Of a stretch of 64,000 nucleotides of DNA, positions 57,291-64,000 are shown in pieces (within the stretch, counting starts at the first letter, position 1; every line of letters begins with the position of its first letter). Below the pieces are notes generated by a model. That model made no database searches. It was not told where the DNA came from and was given only the letters and a program-made list of their open reading frames with translations. This DNA is from Takakia lepidozioides (lineage: Eukaryota; Plantae; Bryophyta). A program made the translations under genes and the position numbers. The stretch lies in contig CM060732.1 of assembly GCA_030704615.1 (NCBI GenBank), positions 25,234,001 to 25,298,000 on the forward strand. Reading direction: 5' to 3'.

Positions 57291-60200
57291 ATGGTTCTCG
57301 AGGCAAAGGCAGCTATGGCGATCTCGTTGGTTCCCGCCTGCGCAGCTCAGGCGGTGTTACTAGTCTCTGGGAACAGGGTGGCGGCCAGGAAGAGTTATGC
57401 ATCAGTGCGGTTAGCATGCGGGTTGCCCTCCATGGCCAGGTCTTATGGCCTGGTTCATGTGAAGGCCACCAGTCAGGTGGAAACCACCCCAGCTTCCACA
57501 TCCAAGCCCACCGTTCCTGACACGGAAGTCTCCATCACTAAGGTATTCCTACCATTTCCGCACTCAAATTGATTTAATTGAAACAGATGCCTTTGTGGCA
57601 GACCAGCTCGAAGTGAATTCCGGCTGCCAGTTCTAGCGGAACATGAGCCAATGAAGGTAGAGTAGACGGTGGATGCAACATTGAGGAGATAATCCAAGAA
57701 AAATGCATGTACCGAAGAGAGAAAAGAAGTAGAGACAGAAACTTTATAACGCCTTGAAACGGGAAGAGAGAGGATCTAACGTCTCTAAAGATGGCTGCGG
57801 AAGCTACGACGGGCATATGAGCAAAAATCTGTCCAAAAAACTTTAGTATAATGTAAAACTATGATTTAGAAGCTCAATGGCTCCCTCATTTGATGGCGAG
57901 CACTCCCAATTGAAGGATTTGAAGAGCTCTTTGAAAAGTCCTTCGGTGCATTTCATAGATAATCAATCGTCGTTGGGCCAAACCTGAGACGGATACACAG
58001 AGACAGTCGTTGTATATGACAGGATTGAAGAGTACCACCCTTGGGTGCTGCTGATGGCAGGTGGTTGTGGCATGATAGTGCAGACATCATTTGGAACAAT
58101 TGGTCTCACCTTGGGCTCAGCATTACTTGCGTAAGTGGCCTACCTCTGACTCCCAAGCATCTTGATACTGTTGAAAGTCACATACGGAGCAGCGTCAGAC
58201 TGACGGCCCTTTACATGCAGGTATGGATTTGGGGCCTACTTCACCATCTTACCTGGCTCAGAATGGTCGGCAATCATGCTTACTTATGGCTTTCCTATTG
58301 CCATCATTGGTTTTGCTCTCAAGGTTTGAATATCTTACGCCATGCTGACATTTAGAAGTATCGAGAGGCTTGGCTTAGGTATTGGGCCACAAGAAAAATC
58401 TGACGATACCTCTCTCTGCCCTCCCCTCTCTTGATATGCTAATAACAGACATACGTAACGTGCATAGGATTACCAGATCACAAGCTGTTGTTTGTAGCTC
58501 AAGTCTCCATGTGCAAAGCTGACTAGATAGGGATCTGTACAGTATGCAGAGCTGAAGCCGGTACCATGTCTGACATATTTGGATGCATTTAATTTGCGGG
58601 AGTCACAAGCAACACCCATTCTCCAGCAGGTAAGGCACAAGAGAATGTGGTCAGCTTTCTTCAGTTCCAATCACAACTCTGCAAAATCTGAGTAGAGCAT
58701 TATGTGTGTGCGGGGGAGCAGTGGATTGAAGGTATAGCATAAAACTGGGGCCGCTGCAGGTGAGAAGTGACGTGACACGGTACCGATATGGAGATGAGCA
58801 ACATCTGGAGGAAGCTTTGAAACGCATATTTCGGTATGGCCAGGTAACTGTCCTCCTACCCACATACAGTGCAGTGCCTAATGGAAAATTGGGCAGGTTG
58901 GTACTCCAGTTTGGTTATATAGGTGTGTAGGAGAGACTACTGCTGCATGAGGCCCAAAGGGTGTAATGGACAGAGAACAGATGTACTCATAAGACTTTAT
59001 TTTCCATAGCCTTGTGGCCATAGACCCCGCGCCCAGTTTGGGCGGAACAAAAGGGACCAGAATGTACCTTTGTGAGGGGCTCGCTCCAGTAGTATGACTT
59101 ACCTTGATACAAACAATTATCAGGCTTTCCAGATATCCTCTAGGAAGCCCTTCACACAAGCATCAATGTGCTGTGTGTGAGCAGCCCAAAAGTTAGACTC
59201 CAACAGGGCCAGGGCTTTAGGCTCAGCCTCAAGATTTTGAAAGTTGGTGAATAGAGGTGCTGAGACAATGTTCTTGATTGTCCTGAAGAGGGTCACTCTC
59301 TGGTGAGAATATTCCGGACAATGTATCAGAAAATGGATATTGTCTTCAGGTTGCCTGCACATGGGGCAATTACAATCTCCTCTTCCTCTCTGCATCTGTT
59401 TATTGTTCATAGGTGGGTTTCTCGCCCTGAGTTTAAATTTCAGTCTAGTGCCAAGGGTAGGTGGGCCCTTGAGATCATCCTTAAGGTCCTTGCCCATGTC
59501 ACAGACTGGAAACAAGTTTAGGGCAGTTTTATGGCTAACTTCCTTTCCATCGGCCAGTCTTTGGACATCAGACATGGCTTTGGACACAACCCCCCTCCAG
59601 GCCAGCTTCATCCAGTAGGGTCAATTCATCAGCACTGATAATCAGATACTTGAAAATCTCATCTACTTTAAAAAGTGATTCGATCAGCTAAATACAGAGC
59701 TTTGGGTCTCACTAAATTTTCCACTGCAGAGGGATTTACACTGACGTTGAAAGGACCAAGCTTTGTAATGTTGTAAGGCTGGCCTTGGAGTACACATCCC
59801 AGTTACCGTTGGAGGAAAACTCAACACCAAGCTCCATGGATCAGCCATGCCCATTTCTAACTTGAATCACAAAACTTAGATAAAACATAGTTTGGGACAT
59901 GGTGATGGCAACAGACATGGCTTTGGCCATGGCATGGCAATCCCCTTTTATGGAGAATGCAGCAATGTTGGCCACCAGGAAAAGCAATTGAAATTATGAT
60001 ACAATATCACTAAAGGTGGTGCAACACCTTACATCCTTCACATTCGCTTGTGTTTTCTGAAATTCAGGAGTGGTCCAGTATTTGCAAGTCGTGCCCACGT
60101 ATGTTCATCAACATGCGCTGGTCTCCCTTTTGCCTCCTGAAATACAGGAATCTCTTCGTCGCCCCATTTCCGTTTGAGATCCCCTCCTCCCTCCCTACGG

Positions 60201-63200
60201 TCGTTGTATGCCACCACTGCGCATTTAGGAACATTAGCTTCTAGCCTCCACAGGTCAAAGAACCTCTTCGCACAATCAATCAGCTCCTGGAGATTGGATG
60301 GGGTATCCTGCAAAGTCATGCGCAAATGTAAGAGCTGGTATGGTGGCATCACCCACCTTTAGCCCAAACCCCTGACTTTCCACGTCTTCAAGAAGCTGAT
60401 TAATGAAAACATTGATGAGCAGTGGGGAGAGGGTACAACCTTGTGCTACACCTTGGTCAATATCAAAGCGTTAGACGTCTGTCCATTGACCGTAACACAA
60501 CTTTTGGTGTTTGCATAATGGTTTGTGGACCATCCTCCACATCTTTCCCTGATCCCAGAAGAGCAAAGCTGGAGCCATAGCCCATCATGCCATACTGTGT
60601 CATAAGCCTTTTTGACACCCAGGAAGAAGACAAAAGTGGGCTTTCCTTCTTCTTTCCTTCCCTGAATGGTCTGACTTAGAGTGAAGATATGGTCAGTGCA
60701 GCCCCTATGTCTCCGAAAGCCAGCCCTGTATGATGGGGTCACCAGTCACCACCATACTTAATTAGCTCATTGACATTGCCATCAAGCCCTCCTGCTTTAT
60801 AGCCGCTTAGATGCCTTACAGCTTCTACGACCTCAGAACCCCTTCAGTCTTCTAGATAAGATGAAACAGAAGTACAAGGGCCTCTATCATGGGTCGCCAC
60901 TGTGCTTGATAAGCTCATTGACTATGCCATCAGGTCCACCAGCTTTATATCCGTTTAAATGCTCGAGTGCTTCCACAATCTCAGAAGAACTAATGGGAAC
61001 ATTCTAACCCATTGAAATACACTCCATTCATCAGGGCTCTTTTGAATCTTAGAAACAGTTTTTTCTACTGTCCTTCCATTCTTCAGAAAACCCCTCAGTG
61101 TTAGACCTGCCAAGGGTACTGTAGTGAGTTTCAAAGGTTTTGACAACGTAAACCATTGAAGTCACCACCTTAGTAGTCCTCAGCGCTTGTACGTGCAGAC
61201 AATTTTTCGGCTTGTACAGATGGTGAAGGGCCAACCAGAATCTCTTGTCATCACTACCACGGTGATTTGAATTTACTTCACTGTATAACTTGTCCCAATA
61301 GAATTTCTTCAAGAGACCTTACGAGATGATTGATATCTTTGCAGATCTGGTAGTACCTAGCCACAATTCTTTGTTGACTTTCATAATGCAGCACTCTTAA
61401 TAGAGGACTCGTCTCTCGGCTATCTTGAGTTTGATCTCATTGGTCCACCAATTAACAGCTCTACCGCAGACAATTAGTTTCCTCCCAATGATCTTGTCAG
61501 CCACAGAGGAGACAAAATTATCCCAAGAGTCCACCACTCTTTGGACTTCATTTCTTGCATCGCCAGAGTGAGACTGAAGATCTTGGAGCGTATGGGCAAA
61601 GTGCGGGAGAGCCTCTTGCAAGGCCTCAGCCTTGACCTCTTCATTTTGGAAGTTTTCTATGCGCCACTTCTGAATCGAATGTTTCACCGATCTCTTGGTG
61701 TTGGGGAAACACCTTTTGATCTCAGTCCAACCCAGAAAGTGGTCAGAGGTTAATCAACACATTGGCACTCTGGGGAATCAGATTGTTGTCCACAGATTGT
61801 TGTCCACAATGATAAAACCCCAATGGACTGTTCCCCAGTTTGGGCTTTCTCACGAGGCCACTGCACAAGGTCTCTTTTGACCTATTATTCAAGGTCAAAA
61901 GCTGAAGTTCTTCCAGGCAGTCTATTAACCGTCTTCCGTTAGAATTCAGCGCGCTCTCACCAAAAGGCCCAATGGTATCATCCTGGTGAAGACCTTTACC
62001 CACCCGGGCATTGAAGTCACCCAATAAGGCCTCCTACAAACAAAGAGGTCCTTCCTACTCATACCGCCCTTCAATTTCAGTTTCAGCCAGATACTGTGCT
62101 CATACTGCAAATCCTTGTTGATAATTTCACAATTGTCACATAAGAAATCTCGGACAAAGAAGCCAACACGGTTTTGACCATGCTTGACAGAGGCTGCCTT
62201 AAGCGCACACATCTTACCGAACCACCATTGACATCTCGAACCAGTTTATCCGAAGTTTCGCATGTCTCTTGCTCTGCACAGATATGAATACCATTTGCCT
62301 CAAGAACTTGTCCCACTTCAAATTGTTTCCTTTGGTTAGTCAGCCCTGAGAAGTTGAAAGTGCCCAGCCGCAAGCCAGCCTTTTGCATATGGATTGTTCC
62401 TGGACGACCAACCTGTCTGCGAAGGGGGCTCAATTACCCCGTGTGTAGATTTTGATCATCTTGTGTAAATTTCGAGGATTGGCAAACCATTCAGAGTACC
62501 ATATCCTTCAGCCACACGACCTTGGACACAGCACACATAGGGCCAGCTAACCTGTCTGGCTGCTTGGTATCAACCTCATCCAGGGCTTCAAACCTGTTAG
62601 AAACTTTCAAGTTGAAGTCCCCACCCCCCACCCTTGGCTGTCTTCGTAGAGCGCCTCCTTCAATTACCAATGTCTAAGACCGGTCTCCAGCCAGTCAAGG
62701 GACGAACTTCTTTGAAATTGATTTGATGTGAGACTCTATTTGTAGCATTTTTAGACATTGAAATCTTCAAAGTACCTCTGTTATCAAGTCTCGAGATGGT
62801 GCCATAGCCACATAATCCAAGCCTAAGCTGGAGCAGGTAGTTTTGAAGGACATCCTGGGATCCACCCCCAAAAACTACAGATGAAGCCCTAGATTTGGCA
62901 TATGTAACCATTTCCCAGGAAATCACCCTGAGGAGTGTTGTTGTCATTGTGGCTTATGAAACTGTTTGTTTTCACAGGCTATAAGTTTAAGCACAAGGAC
63001 CAACCCTAGCCCAAGTGGACAGAGAACAGAAACAGAACCAAAGCACTACTGGAACAAAGCCAGAGAACTATCAGTCTGGCACATGTTTGGGCTTTCCAGA
63101 TTTCCTCTAGAAAGCTACAAGCATCTCCTGTTGGGCAGTGTGGTGTAGAGAGGTCTTCAGATTGTTTTGTGTAGAGGGAGAGGGTGGGGAGGATGTGATC

Positions 63201-64000
63201 TGGATGTACTTCGATGAAATATTGGTGCACTTGACACATGATTGTGACTCCGTCTGTTTGACCAAGTAGTCTGGAGGTATTCAACGGCGTAATGCTCCTT
63301 TTCTGCAATCCATCCGTGAAGAGGTTTTGTCTCTACTTCTCCCTCCCAGATTGTTTTGTCAATGGTGCACGGGGTTATCTTGTGTTTGGTGGAAGAGTTG
63401 TAGTTGTCCAGGTGTAGCCTGACATTTTGATGCCACATGCTTTGTCGCAAGCAAGATGCCGTGAACTGCTGTCATAATGTAGAAATATGCTGGTGAATTT
63501 CCATGGACACACTATCTGTTGAAGTTTTCAAACTGAGGATACGGTTTGGAGGGGCAGGTGAATGGTGAGGGCAGGTACACGCTAGTTTTGGTGTTTGCGG
63601 CTAAGGCTTTGAAATTATCCGACTTTGAGGACCGACAGGTAGGGCTTATTTCACATTTGGCATATGTACATGCCAGGCATGCTGCTGTCCTTACTTCTGT
63701 ATCTTATATATTGGGTCCTTCCCAGCTTTCCCACACCACTAAGTTGTTTGTCTAAAATGGCATGCAGGCAAAGTTCACGTCATTCTTTGGGCCTGGAGTG
63801 AAAGCAGAAATTGGTGAGAATGAATATTCAACCCCTTGTACGTACATTCATGCAGTTTTTGATTTCTTGGACTGTAAGTGGTGGAGTACGAGTTCGTGGT
63901 CGACCAGGTTTGAACGATGAACTTGTACTGATAACTAGATTCAAACATGAAAACTTGCTAAGATTTCCCACCAATTGCTTCCAAAGGTAAAGATGGTGGA
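57291..64000 (+). CDS. APE1: APE1 / DUF2854 thylakoid protein (slr0575 family); continues beyond window
   Basis: Exons 57291/57315-57542 (transit peptide), 58084-58131, 58221-58323 (YGFGAYFTILPGSEWSAIMLTYGFP), 58542-58629 (YAELKPVPC), 58760-58843 (RYRYGDEQHLEEALKRIF), 63270-63323, 63558-63638 (GRYTLVLVF) and 63768-63813 (AKFTSFFGPGV). The last exon probably starts at ~63987. Confidence 0.92.
58982..63015 (-). mobile_element. Degenerate APE-RT LINE (RTE/RTEX-like) inserted in APE1 intron with 15-bp TSD
   Basis: ORF1-like FNLKVSNRFEAL motif, an endonuclease (GTFNFSGL..QET, MGDFNARVG), an RT (GFRRHRGCTDHIFTL, KKAYDTVW, QGCTLSPLL) and a C-terminal CPMC..PEDNIHFLIHC. Flanked by the direct repeat TGGACAGAGAACAGA at 58967-58981 and 63016-63030. 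Confidence 0.92.

Overview
Plant nuclear DNA, probably a non-seed plant. The 5S rRNA sequence, short introns and PLS/DYW PPR genes suggest a bryophyte, possibly a hornwort (inference). The left ~29 kb is an accessory or decayed zone. It holds a frameshifted, intron-containing gene that joins a ParB-like (DGNHR) domain to a beta-class N6-adenine/N4-cytosine DNA methyltransferase domain, with a palindromic ~95-bp tandem array in one intron. It also holds a solitary 5S rRNA gene, a run of intron-retaining pseudogene fragments (CSA/ERCC8-like WD40, COQ4, ENH1, CDC20), an OSB-type PDF motif upstream of two PPR-DYW pseudogenes, nested Helitron/MITE/SINE remnants and tRNA-Thr(UGU). The right ~35 kb holds four apparently intact spliced genes: a NodH-like sulfotransferase-family gene (+), an AIRP2-like RING E3 ligase (+), P5CDH/ALDH12A1 (-) and APE1/DUF2854 (+, runs off the window). 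Interspersed are DNA transposon remnants and RTE/RTEX-like LINEs that repeatedly sit in CT-rich sites. All homology calls come from manual motif recognition, not database searches.
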